Shown piece after piece: positions 25,368 through 37,852 of a stretch of 64,000 bases of DNA. The notes below the pieces were generated by a model. The model saw only the letters and a list, made by a program, of their open reading frames with translations, had not been told where the DNA came from and did no database searches. This stretch comes from Octopus bimaculoides (Eukaryota), in the NCBI RefSeq assembly GCF_001194135.2, contig NC_068991.1, forward strand, positions 23,282,447-23,346,446. The letters are read 5' to 3'. The translations under genes and the position numbers were made by a program. How positions within the stretch are numbered: position 1 is the stretch's first letter; each line of letters begins with the position of its first letter.

Positions 25368-25929
25368 ACATTTTCAGTTAGTTGCCAATATGTCAGAATC
25401 TCCCAGCATAGTATGTCTGAGTAGTCCCTCAGATGGAAGCCTCTAGAGTAAAAGGAAAGAAGGAAGGACATGAAAGTCCTGGCAACATAACTTGGAGAAC
25501 AAAATGTGATGATTTGGATAGGGCTGGGTGCAATTAGAGAGGAAGACCCAGTACAAAGATGAGTAGAGAGCGGCCATTGATGGCCTAAGTCCTAGAAGAG
25601 CCAAGACCCTGAGTAAAAGATATTTATTTCTTTATTGTCCACAGGGGGCTAAACATAGAGGGGACAAACAAGGACAAACAAAGGGATCAAGTCGATTGCA
25701 TTGACCCCAGTGCGTAACTGGTACTTATTTAATCAACCATGAAAGGATGAAAGGTAAAGTCGACCTCAGCGGAATTTGAACTCAGAACATAATGGCAGAC
25801 GAAATACCACCATGCATTTCGCCTGACATCATGCTTGATATTATATTAGTATTGATCAACTAGAGTCTCAAGATATAATCCTTATTGTATTTAGATTTTC
25901 ATCAGCATTTTATGCAATATATGAAGTAT

Positions 25930-26830
25930 TACTGACGCCATCTTCCTAATCAGAGAGTTCCAAGAAAAAGCCCCTATACCTGACATTTGGTGTCCTAAAG
26001 AAAGCTTTTGATAAGGTCGTCTATTCTGAAATATGATGGTCACTGAGGAAGCTTGTAGTGAACAAATGGCTGATGAGAGCTGTACAAGATACGTACCAAA
26101 ATGCACACAGTTAGCAAGTTAGTGATACATATAGCAGTGAGTTCAGTATGAAGGTTGAGATACACCAGGGCTCAATTTTCAGCTCCCTTCTATTCATTAT
26201 ATTCTTCTAAACCATAGTACAAGGGTGGATGACTTGCTACCCGTGGAAGCTTCTTTATGATGATGATTTAACTCTTAGAGCTGAATCTGTAGCAGAATAT
26301 TTTTCAAATTCCAAACATAGAGACAAAAACAGGAATCAAGAGGCCTCTAAGTGAATTTAGTAAATAAAGGAATATATTTGTAAGTAATAGAGAAGACATG
26401 ATTCTGTTGTCATTGGTGAAATGGTCTTGCCCGATATGTTGAAAAGAAATAGGTTAGAATTTCATACTGTGTACCTTGTATAAATTGTGAATGCACAAGT
26501 GGCATTGTCTTTCACAGGTAAGCTAATAGAGAGGGTAAACTTCACATGCAGGAAGTGCGCAAAAACATTAAGTTCTAGAAGCAGTTGGGAAATAGACTAT
26601 ATCCAATGATAAAGTCCTCCCTTAGAAGTAGTTGATAGCTTCTGTACCTAGTAAGCTTAATTACTAATAGAAGTGAGTGGTCTGAGAATAGAGTAGCCAG
26701 AGTAAAAATTGGCTAGAGAAAATTCAGAGAGCCATTGTATCTGCTGACAACAAAGGATGCGTCCAACAGAGTTTGTGTGATATGTGATACTACATGGGCC
26801 TTGAATGCCAAAGTTTTGCAAAAGCTAGAA
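25930..26830 (+). mobile_element. Degenerate RTE LINE RT fragment
   Basis: TDAIFLIREFQEK..KKAFDKV, HQGSIFSSLLFIIIL; colinear with 49085-50020. Confidence 0.8.
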
Positions 26831-26921
26831 ATAAATGAAACAAGTATGCTCTCAGCTCATTAGTACCATGTCAATCATGCACACTAATATTCACTCACTC
26901 ACACAAGCACACACACACACA

Positions 26922-26964
<43 letters not shown>

Positions 26965-27428
26965 ACAGGCACAGAGGCACACACAGATATATACACACAA
27001 ACACACATACATTCACACACATATACACACACATACACACATGCACACATAGGATGCAAGGGGTGTTATTAATATATTGCTCTCTCCAAATCGATGAAAA
27101 GATTTTTCATTTCTTTAAATCCTTCATAGCAGATAAAATGCTAACACAAGAAATAAGGAGATATGCAGTCATTGTTGCCAGACGTGCAGAACACAAATAA
27201 TAATAAATAATAATAATAATAATGATGATGATGAAGATGATGATGACCATCATCATCATGAGGCTAGACTAGTATTTCAGACTTGTGGAAAATGATGGCA
27301 AACTTCTTTAGTTTGAAAAAAGCAACAAATTCTTTCTCTGTAATATAGCAATGGTTACAAAATGCCTCTAGTCAAGAACAAGTAATGTCTAGAGCAGCTC
27401 TGGATCAACTACACAAATATATACATAT

Positions 27429-27465
<37 letters not shown>

Positions 27466-27468
<3 letters not shown>

Positions 27469-27668
27469 TCATCATCATCATCATTGTTTAACGTCTGCTT
27501 TCCATGCTAGCATGGGCTGGACAATTTGACTGAGGACTGGCAAGCCAGAAGGCTGCACCAGGCTCCAATCTGATCTGGCAGAGTTTCTACAGCTGGATGC
27601 CCTTCCTAACGCCAACCACTCCGAGAGTGTAGTGGGTGATTTTACGTGCCACCGGCACGAGGGCCAAA
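27466..27668 (-). mobile_element. RTE 3'-UTR/tail-derived repeat with (GAT)n tail
   Basis: Reverse complement of 50720-50909. Related pieces near 6800-7050, 37200-37460, 43330-43600 and 52550-52690. Confidence 0.75.
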
Positions 27669-28444
27669 TTGCCAACTTTCTAAATGTTGCAATATCTTTG
27701 TACCCAAAGATCAGATGGAATTGGAAACCTCTTGCAGGAATGCTTCAACTATACAAAAGAGAAACAAAAAACATTCTAAACATTCAGACACTATGAGGAC
27801 AATTTATCCCACAAGTTCAAAACATTATTGATGATGTTCTCAGAAAATCAATGAGGGCCGTCACAAAATAAAAACTTCAAAGAAGACCAAAAGTTGAACA
27901 GGACAAATGACAGATGGTTATGTGCAGATCCTGCCAATGACTCCAAAGTTATGCACACTAAGTTTCTGGGCAACTGTGATGGGTTCAGAAATGCTGATTA
28001 ATAAAGGCCAGAATAACAATGTTATTATGTATGAAACTTACAACTATTGACACAGGTAACTAAAGAGTTAAAAAAAAAGAATTGTTGAAAAGGTGCCAAT
28101 TTTGAAAAAATGTGCTTGGATGGAACAGTCCCTCCCCTTGCTCCCCTATTAGCCATGCCACTGATTCTGGTCTGACATTGTAGCAAAAGTCAAAGTGGAA
28201 AGTGGATTCATACATAATCTTATAAGAAAGCTTATCAAGAACAAACTGTTATCAAAATACATTAAGATTTTGCTAGATTACAGTTGTTTTATCAAATAAA
28301 AGATATGACCTCAAATACCCATTGCACCTGTATATATACATACACAAACACACACACACACACACACACTCACGTACATACATATATACATACATACATA
28401 TCCATGCATGCATGCATGCATCCATACATACATACATACATACA

Positions 28445-28476
<32 letters not shown>

Positions 28477-28480
28477 CACA

Positions 28481-29375
28481 CATGGTCTGATCAATAAGTA
28501 TCCAGACTGTTGCTATAGTAACTAAACTAAAGCACAGAGAATGAAACTGCTTGGCACAGGTTGACCATGAATTTTACTGTGCATGCACACTAAGTTTTAA
28601 CATTCTAGCACACTTCTGCTGTTTACAGCAGTGCTTGGAAGGACGGTGTGTAGCATGTGATCATCGCATTGACCATGAAAGTGAAAGTTGAGCAGAGAAT
28701 TTGCATCAAATTTTGCCAAAAGCTTGGTGTTATCTGCTCAGAGGCCAATACAAATTTTTTCAAAAAGTTTTCATCATTCTCAACACAATCAAGGAGATCT
28801 TGTGCAACTGAAACCCGAATGTCTTTTTGGTCAGCTGAAAGCAGTTTTGGCACAAACTTGGCAGACACACGTCTCATACCAAATCATTAGTGATGATGGA
28901 CTGGACTGAACCATAACTAATCTGCACATCCTCTAACAACTCACAGATGGTGATTTGATGATTTCCCCTCACAGCTGCACACACATCTGTAATGTTTTTC
29001 TCAATTCTACTGGTTGCAGGTCTCCCAGAACGTTTGTCAATATCGACATTTTTTCAGCCATCTTTGAAACGTCTGAACCACTCATGCACTTGTGTGCAGC
29101 TCATACACATCTCTCTATACACTTTCTGCAACTTTGTATAGGCCTCTGAGCAGGTATTGCCATGACAACTTTCTCTGTCATTGTCAATGCGACAATCGCA
29201 TGCAACATGCCTTCCTTCCAAGCACAGCTGTAAACAGCGAAAGTGAGCTAGAAAGTTAAAACTTGGTGCATATGTACAGCAGAGTTCAAGGTCAATTTGT
29301 GCCAAGCAGCTTCACTCTGTGTGCTTTAGCTTTGTTACTATGACAACAGTCTGGATACTTATTGATCAGAAATTG
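28481..29375 (-). mobile_element. Mariner-derived element bounded by two left ends (long inverted arms of about 240-270 bp)
   Basis: Both ends carry TCTGATCAATAAGTATCCAGACTG; TA at 29376-77. Minus-strand transposase N-terminus (EAYTKLQKVY..MSCTQVHEWFRRFKDG...MRRVSAKFVPKLLSADQK..RV.VAQDLL). Plus arm EQRICIKFCQKLG. No DD34D domain. Confidence 0.85.
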
Positions 29376-30593
29376 TACATACATACTCATATAACTTTAG
29401 TCAGCCCAGAGCTATGGCTCAAGCAGCCATGGAGATCAATGTGGGAAGAAAGCAAACTTCTTAATCACACAGTCAAAGCTCAAATGCTTTGATTATAAAT
29501 TTGCTTGATCATGTCCTTTACAAAATCCTGAACAACAGTAATTTCACCTGCAAAATTGTTGTTACAGAAGTCATAGAGATGTGAAAAGAAGATCTCTGAA
29601 TGTTCCGTTTAGTAAAGGAAAAGGTTCCAGAAGAACTGATTTCATCCTCGGGTGACAAGGAGTGGTATGTAATGCTATGTATTTTAGAGAAAAGGTTTTG
29701 TAAAAAATAAACAAACAAAAAATAACATTTCAATCTTATAATTTTCCTCTTAGGTTTCTTATCCAGTTCAACAAGCATAAAATATGAGACTATTGTTGTT
29801 GATATATTTCACAGCTATTGTACGATGTGTGAAACATTTCTGTGAGAAACAAGATCAACTTATTACGAAATGTTGTTTACGTAAAAACAGAAATGTCTTT
29901 GTGATTGTTATCATTGTTTAATGAAAGAAAAGGAAAGAAAGGAAAAGTTGGTTCATTGGTGTCACGGCAGCAGAAATGGCAGAGCAATAAGACAAATAAC
30001 CTGAGTATTTAGTTATCTCTCTTTATGTTTTGAGTTCAAAAATTTTCATAGTCACCATGACTTCCTTTTGGCAAGAGTTGAATAAATACCAGTGGGTGTT
30101 GCTGTCATTTTTAATCCAGTTTAGTCATAATTAATTAAAATTAACTTCGGACTAATCCAGTAGAGTCCTGCCATGTACTTGAGTAAATTACATCAACTAC
30201 CAAAAATCAATACAAAAATAGCCTTGTACCTATGCTAAAAGGTTCTCTTTCTTCAATATATGTATATGGAGTACACATATATGCCCATAGCTCGGCTGTC
30301 CAGAAAGAAGGGAACTGTACCGACCTTTCTGAGGATACTTCAGCCTAAGGCTGAAACCGTACACTAAAAGGATATTACAGTTGCCAATTTCCAGCCATCT
30401 ACGGTCACTGTCAGCATGTATGTATGCAATTATATGTGCGCTGACAGCAGCAATAGAGCCCTTTAACTCTTATTTCTAGCCATGTAGGTGTTCTAACACC
30501 CTCAGTCATATTCATTGACATTTATTGGGGTTCTTTTTTGGTGAAGATCTGCTGACTAGCTGCTTCATTTGATTATATATATACATGTACATT

Positions 30594-30639
<46 letters not shown>

Positions 30640-31612
30640 NNNNNNNNNNNNNNNNNNNNNNNNNNNNNNNNNNNNNNNNNNNNNNNNNNNNNNNNNNNNN
30701 NNNNNNNNNNNNNNNNNNNNNNNNNNNNNNNNNNNNNNNNNNNNNNNNNNNNNNNNNNNNNNNNNNNNNNNNNNNNNNNNNNNNNNNNNNNNNNNNNNNN
30801 NNNNNNNNNNNNNNNNNNNNNNNNNNNNNNNNNNNNNNNNNNNNNNNNNNNNNNNNNNNNNNNNNNNNNNNNNNNNNNNNNNNNNNNNNNNNNNNNNNNN
30901 NNNNNNNNNNNNNNNNNNNNNNNNNNNNNNNNNNNNNNNNNNNNNNNNNNNNNNNNNNNNNNNNNNNNNNNNNNNNNNNNNNNNNNNNNNNNNNNNNNNN
31001 NNNNNNNNNNNNNNNNNNNNNNNNNNNNNNNNNNNNNNNNNNNNNNNNNNNNNNNNNNNNNNNNNNNNNNNNNNNNNNNNNNNNNNNNNNNNNNNNNNNN
31101 NNNNNNNNNNNNNNNNNNNNNNNNNNNNNNNNNNNNNNNNNNNNNNNNNNNNNNNNNNNNNNNNNNNNNNNNNNNNNNNNNNNNNNNNNNNNNNNNNNNN
31201 NNNNNNNNNNNNNNNNNNNNNNNNNNNNNNNNNNNNNNNNNNNNNNNNNNNNNNNNNNNNNNNNNNNNNNNNNNNNNNNNNNNNNNNNNNNNNNNNNNNN
31301 NNNNNNNNNNNNNNNNNNNNNNNNNNNNNNNNNNNNNNNNNNNNNNNNNNNNNNNNNNNNNNNNNNNNNNNNNNNNNNNNNNNNNNNNNNNNNNNNNNNN
31401 NNNNNNNNNNNNNNNNNNNNNNNNNNNNNNNNNNNNNNNNNNNNNNNNNNNNNNNNNNNNNNNNNNNNNNNNNNNNNNNNNNNNNNNNNNNNNNNNNNNN
31501 NNNNNNNNNNNNNNNNNNNNNNNNNNNNNNNNNNNNNNNNNNNNNNNNNNNNNNNNNNNNNNNNNNNNNNNNNNNNNNNNNNNNNNNNNNNNNNNNNNNN
31601 NNNNNNNNNNNN

Positions 31613-31905
31613 TGGTGGACTGAGTCTAGAAATATTGGTTCCCTGGCGACTAAGTGGGGCCCACCCGCAAATACAATGCTATCATTTAATTTTTTTTTTG
31701 TTTTATTAAAAGTATTCTTTTCAACTGTCTACAAACACAGCCAGGCTGAAATAATTAATGCATTCTTCTAGGAGTGAATAAAAAATTCTCAAACTTGAGA
31801 GGATGGGTCCCTTAGATACTAACATGGGCCCCCATATATGGATTCTAATGGCACAGGGGCCCACTTGCCATCAGGCAAGCTGATAATTTGGCCAGTCTGC
31901 CACTG
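31613..31905. mobile_element. Probable hAT-type MITE (left end abuts a gap)
   Basis: Right end ccagtctgccactg; left tggtggactg resembles its reverse complement; internal ggggccc motifs. Confidence 0.45.
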
Positions 31906-32859
31906 TATACATATATATAATGTACTGTTCTGTGACAGAAAATTCAACAAAAATGTACTCCATCTGGTGAGAGATAAATATTATTTATTTAAAAAGAAAA
32001 AACATGTCTTTAAGTGCTACTAAAAGTTTCATATGTTGAGAAATATCCATCAAGCTCAAACCACATATCATAACGAACTAAATAAAATTGAATAGGAGAA
32101 GAAACATGAAAATACTGAAAAAGCAGCATATAGAAAAAGCAGAAGGTTCATAACCATGGCTGTGTGGTTAAAAAGCCAGCTAATTCATCTAATCAGCCAG
32201 CTAATCCATAATGCATTAAGTTAATCTTGGTTTCATATAGTCTCCATTGAGGCAGCATTTTTGGAGGGTTTGTGGGGGTTAATTTGGACAGTAGTTAGGT
32301 TGTAGGGTGGGTTGTGATGGAGAGGTATTGTGGAGAATTTTTGTTTCATTAAATTTGAGGTTATGTTTTTGTTCAGAACTTATTCATGCATGTAAAACTT
32401 TCTAAATGGGTGTGTATATTTAGGTGTGTCAGCTTCAGGTCGTAGGATTTTTTAGTGATTCATAAAAAGTAAATAGGTGGGCAATAGATGTGTCATTAGT
32501 TTTAGTTATTTTTAGTTTTATTGGATTTGATCCTTTGCTTTGTCAATGTAAGGTTCAAAATTCAAAGTCTAGTCTAGCATTTGAAAACTTAGTAACTGGG
32601 TGTGTCAGCTTAATTTGTAATGGAATTTTTAAGGGTTAGCAAAGGAATGTAAGTGGGTGGTATGTTTTAATCAATCAGTAAGTTTCTTTACTTGATATTT
32701 ATGTTATTTAAAGTATTTCTTGTTTGTATTTGGAAGGTGAAAGTTATTAGTTGAGCATGTCTTTTTTGTTACTATAGACATGTGTTTATCTTTTGCTTTG
32801 ATGTTTGAAAAATGGTGTAGGTAGATGTAAATGTCATTGATATATATATATATATATGT

Positions 32860-32900
<41 letters not shown>

Positions 32901-33174
32901 TAACATAATAGGGTAAAAATTCGATATTAATTAATATCAATTTAATACCAGGAAACTAGCACATTAAAAGAATCAGAAGGTTCAGAAAAAAAATTTCCGA
33001 GATCCTAACAGGATTATAATACTTGTGTATATAAAAACGACCAGTAAGTGGTCTGTCAATATGCTAGAAAAAGATCACTTAAAAAATTCTCAAAGAAAAA
33101 ATTCTCAAAGAAAGATTCAACGGAGCAAAAACAAGCGGGCAACACCAGTGAAAATTATAATTACCTCGGTTATC

Positions 33175-33237
33175 TGTAGACTATATAGTTTCAAAATCAA
33201 CACTTTCCAATGAAAGTATCTATTTATCATCAGTACA
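33175..33237 (-). ncRNA. Type-I hammerhead ribozyme, intact core
   Basis: tgta CTGATGA taaatagatactttc-attg-gaaagtgttgatttt GAAA ctatatag TC taca. 4-bp stem I, about 13-bp stem II, palindromic ACTATATAGT stem III, GUC triplet. Confidence 0.8.
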
Positions 33238-33556
33238 CATTGCCGATATTATTATAATCGGACAGAATCCCGTGCTAGTTGTCTCCAACCAGTGAAAAGG
33301 TGCACGTGATTCTATCGATTATAAAGAATAAGATTCAAAAGTCTTAGTTTTGGCGCGCTAAATCCAGAAATATCTCTGCAGAAAATAATTTCTGCTTTGA
33401 ATTAACCAACTTTGAGAAATGTGATTATGGTTAATTAACATAATAGGGTAAAAATTCAATATTAATTAATATCAATTTAATACCAGGAAACTAGCACATT
33501 AAAAGAGGATTATAGTACTTGTGTATATAAAAACGACCAGTAAGTGGTCGGCAATG

Positions 33557-33619
33557 TGTACTGATGATAAATAGATACTTTCATTGGAAAGTGTTGATTT
33601 TGAAACTATATAGTCTACA
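33557..33619 (+). ncRNA. Type-I hammerhead ribozyme, identical inverted copy
   Basis: Same 63-nt sequence on +: core 33561-67, GAAA 33602-05, predicted cleavage after C33615. Confidence 0.8.
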
Positions 33620-33964
33620 GATAACCGAGGTAATTATAATTTTCACTGATCCCGCCCGCCTGTTTTTGCTCCGCTGAATCTTTCTTTGAGATTTTTTTCT
33701 TTGAGAATTTTTTAAGTGATCTTTTTCTAGCATATTGACAGACCACTTACTGGTCGCTTTTATATACACAAGTACTATAATCCTGTTTTTGTGTTTATGT
33801 CCCCTTAACTTAGCAGTTCAGCAAAAGAGACCATTGAAATAAGTGCTAGGCTTTAAAAATTAAGTCCTGTGGTTGATTTGTTTGACTAAAACCCTTCATG
33901 GCAGTACTCCAGCATGGTCGCAGCCAAATGACTGAAACAAGTAAAAGAATAAAAAAATAAAAGA

Positions 33965-34001
<37 letters not shown>

Positions 34002-34106
34002 TATGGTCAAACTAAACATCAACAAGCAAGAAAAAACAACAACGCAAGAACGTGGAATAAGTACAGTGCTATTGGACGCTCAGGAAAGGAAAGAAAAGAA
34101 AGAGGA

Positions 34107-34139
34107 TTTCACATTTCGATGGGAGCTCTTCATCAGAAA
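34107..34139 (-). ncRNA. Degenerate hammerhead motif (same repeat family as 6567-6599)
   Basis: ttt CTGATGA a gagc-tcc-catc GAAA tgtg aaa. Stem II is disrupted and position 17 is G, so probably inactive; shared flank ttggacgctcaggaaaggaaag. Confidence 0.55.
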
Positions 34140-34639
34140 TATAGAAAAAGTCCAAAGAAGGGAAGACAGAGAAAGAAAATCACCAACGATACACATGCAG
34201 TCACATATTGAAATGACCAGAAGGGAATGGGTGAAGAAAACGTTCTTCCAAAGACAGGAGAGTGCAAGAGAAGGAGGTATGTGTGGGTATGGTGGGTATG
34301 TGCATGCGTGCAGGTCTGTGTATACGCATACGTATATAAATATACATATATAAATATACATTTATGTACACATACATACATAAATGTATAGAGAGAGAAG
34401 GGTAAAGAGATAATGTTTGTGTGAATACACACACACACACACACACACACAAGCACATGCACACACATACACTAACATTATGTGCATGCACACACACACA
34501 CACACACTCACACATACACACACGCACATACATACACTCATATATGCACACATCCTAACACTGTAATGCTGAATGGGAATACAAACTGCATAAATCAGAT
34601 ATAAAAAGGAAAAAGCACAATAAATCATCCAACCATCTC

Positions 34640-36540
34640 AATCAGGTAACACAAAGGGCAGTACTTGAATTTGATCAGGACATAGCAACCAACCCTGACA
34701 ATAAAGTGTTCTGGAAATATGTACGTTCAAAGCAGAGACCTCATTTTCCAGTTGGTCCTCTTCACAATCCCCACACAAGCCAGATTACTGACAGTCCCAA
34801 AGAATGTGCAAAACCCATTGCTGATTGCTATGCAGGTATTTTTACTGTTGAAAGCCAAAATGTTCTATCTCCACTACCTTTGACACCAAATTCCATAACA
34901 ACTATGGAATTTACACCTGCAATGCCGTGATATCACCTTAAGAATAAGCGCAACTATGCCTCTCCTGGTCTTGATGGTGTTACGTACCTGCTTCTCAAAT
35001 GTGGTGGGTACTTTCTTCTGCACCAGCTTTCACTCTTCTTTTAGTTCTGTCTTAACATTGGTGCTACTCCAGAGTAGTAGAAACCTACCATTGTCATTTC
35101 TCTGTTCAAAAAAGGTGACCGCAAGCACTAGCATAGCTAGTGTGCTACCCAGGGTCGCCCTTCCATTTGCCTCCCCCAGACCCCACAAAAAACACATATT
35201 GTCTACAGCCATAGCCTACAGCAGGATGAAAAGTGCTGCCCTTTTAAAAGTGCCGCTTAGGGCAGACCACCCCTACCACCCTCAAGCTACACTAGTGACC
35301 ACATGTCGCCTGTCAACTATCATCCAGTCAGTCTTACTAGCTGCATCGCCAAACTGATGGAATCCTGTGTCAGAGAAACATTCTGGAACTTCTGGAATTC
35401 TCACAGCCTTATCCGGCCCTTGCAATTTGGATTTATCCCTAACTCCAGCTGCTGTGATCAACTCATTAAGTTTCTTGAAGACACCACCTAGGTCACTGAT
35501 GGTGGCTCATGGGTAGACGTTGTTTACCTTGACTTTGCTAAAGATTTTAATTCTGTGCCACACAAAAGACTTATGGCAAAACTCTCTGCAATGGGTATGA
35601 AAGATGATCTTTTTAACTGGTTGGAGTCCTTCATTCTCAGCCAGAAAGTGGTAGTCACAGTTCTAGGACAGCATTCTTTACTCTATGAGATGTCATCTGG
35701 TGTACCGCAGGGATCTGTTCTTGGTCCCCTTTTGTTTGTTGCATACATTAATGATATAGATGCCAACTTAAAGAATGTCACAGTGCTGAAATATGAAGAT
35801 GACATCAAGCTGTACCTTGAGATAAAAAGGACAGATCCTGAACACTATAGATCTTTCCTGTACCAGACCCAGACACAATGAAACAATGGATCATGGACTG
35901 GCAACACAAGCTGGCTGTGGACAAGTGTACCACCATGCATTTTGGGAGGAAAAACCCAGTATCCACATACTCTCTCCACAACACAAATATCAAGAAGTCC
36001 TCTTGTGAACATGACCTGGGCATTACTGTCATCTCTAAAATTGTCAAGATGGCCAAGGGTGTCTTGGTGTCACTCAGCAAGACCTTTGTCAGACACTCTC
36101 TAGCTATTTAAGGCTGTATATGGCTATGGTGCATCCCAGGACATTGGCCTCCTGAAAACTGTTCAGGGACGTGCAACCAAGTGAATACCCTCCATCAGGC
36201 ATCTACTCTGAACGCCTTGCTTCCCTGGGCCTATGCTCTGATGTCTGGCAACTGACTTGGTAAACACCCACAAAATCATTAGCCATCGTTCCAACAATCA
36301 CCTTGAACACCTTTTTGAGCTCCTTGTGTCTAATACACATGGGCATGCCTACAAAGTCAGAAAACAGTACAGCTCTCATGGCTTTCGGAAATATTTTTTC
36401 ACACTCAGAGTTGCTGAAGCATGGAACAAACTACATGCATAAGTTGTTAGTTACCAAGACATTGCATCCTTTAAAATCTCCATTCTTCCTCAAATTCATC
36501 AACACTACTCCTGATAACCCCCCATTCCATAGGTATGCAC
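34640..36540 (+). mobile_element. CR1-clade LINE, 5'-truncated and degenerate
   Basis: FWKYVRSK, KKGDRKSPVNYHPVSLTSC..KLME, VYLDFAK.F.SVPHKRL, SGVPQGSVLGPLLF..YIND, KYEDDIKL, HGHAYK...FRKYFFT.RV..AWNKL. Confidence 0.9.
35126..35297. mobile_element. 172-bp hAT-like MITE inside the CR1 RT
   Basis: TIR cactagcatagct / agctacactagtg. 8-bp TSD accgcaag / accacatg (6/8). Removing it restores GDRKSP. Confidence 0.7.
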
Positions 36541-37042
36541 ACATGTATATCATGACTCATACACTGTTATTTCCTGACTTTTGTACATAATTCTATGTAC
36601 TGTACATGCACCTTTGATGAGTTGTAATGCACCTGAGCACTATACACAATTTCATTATTATCCTAATTGTTATTATCCTCATTTTCCCCACTGGTTGCTT
36701 CCTCCTTGTTCCTTGATTTGTCTCCCTCTACTATCCCTCCCTTCTCATGCACCTCTGATTTTGCCTGTCACTGTGCATCTCTCCTGTTCCCTCCCCCCAC
36801 TGCACATCACATCATCATTGCTACCTTCTATCACCTCCCTGACCCACATTTGCTTCCTCCAACTGATATTCATGACTGAGCACATCCCTACTATATCCAC
36901 CACTCACTGCATTTTCCATCTATCTACATTTCTCTCTCTCTGTTATTCTCCTTAATACTTTGACACACTTACCTACTCATGCCACTTCTCTAATATTGAC
37001 CTTCTTGTAACTTGATGATATACCTTGACACAACTTCACCAT

Positions 37043-37133
37043 GAGTAACCTTATATAACTTGAGTAACCTTATATAACTTGAGTAACCTTATATAACTTG
37101 AGTAACCTTATATAACTTGAGTAACCTTATATA
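37043..37133. repeat. 19-bp minisatellite, about 4.8 copies
   Basis: (gagtaaccttatataactt)n, perfect copies. Confidence 0.95.
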
Positions 37134-37474
37134 TATACCTACAGTAACCTTATATACATCCCTACATGTCACTTTATCATACTTAAGTCTCTCAACAGCT
37201 GACATAAAGATACTTCCTCAATACTACTCTCCATTCAGTTGAGAGTGGCTTGTCTTGCAAGTTATTTGTTGACCTCACTAGTGCCAATGCCACATAAACT
37301 TTCCAGTACATCCTGTAAAGTGAGTGGTATTGGAAGGGCATCCAGTCATAGAAACCATGCCAAAGCAGACACTGGAGTTTGGTACAGACCACTGGCTCAC
37401 AAGCTTCTGCTGTATTTCTGAACACATGTCAGCATGGAAAATGGACATTTGATGATGAGGACCCTGCATGTGTG

Positions 37475-37509
<35 letters not shown>

Positions 37510-37814
37510 GTGCGTAAACCATTAATTCCAACACNNNNNNNNNNNNNNNNNNNNNNNNNNNNNNNNNNNNNNNNNNNNNNNNNNNNNNNNNNNNNNNNNN
37601 NNNNNNNNNNNNNNNNNNNNNNNNNNNNNNNNNNNNNNNNNNNNNNNNNNNNNNNNNNNNNNNNNNNNNNNNNNNNNNNNNNNNNNNNNNNNNNNNNNNN
37701 NNNNNNNNNNNNNNNNNNNNNNNNNNNNNNNNNNNNNTTCTTCTCAAGCATCAAATGAATACAACTGCTTGTTGTTCCCCCACCTATCTTTGTCTTTTGT
37801 TTTCTGTACATTAG

Positions 37815-37852
<38 letters not shown>

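Larger units (their letters stand above)
32897..33787. repeat. Direct-plus-inverted duplication complex, probably Penelope pseudo-LTR derived
   Basis: 32897-32971 = 33432-33506 (direct); 33011-33053 = 33507-33549 (direct); 33007-33246 inverted at 33548-33787. Confidence 0.85.

Noticed and set aside
32150-32870. Possible Penelope coding remnant on minus next to the hammerhead repeat
   Set aside because: Only short suggestive peptides (SIAHL, HNLKFNETKILH); too degraded to call.
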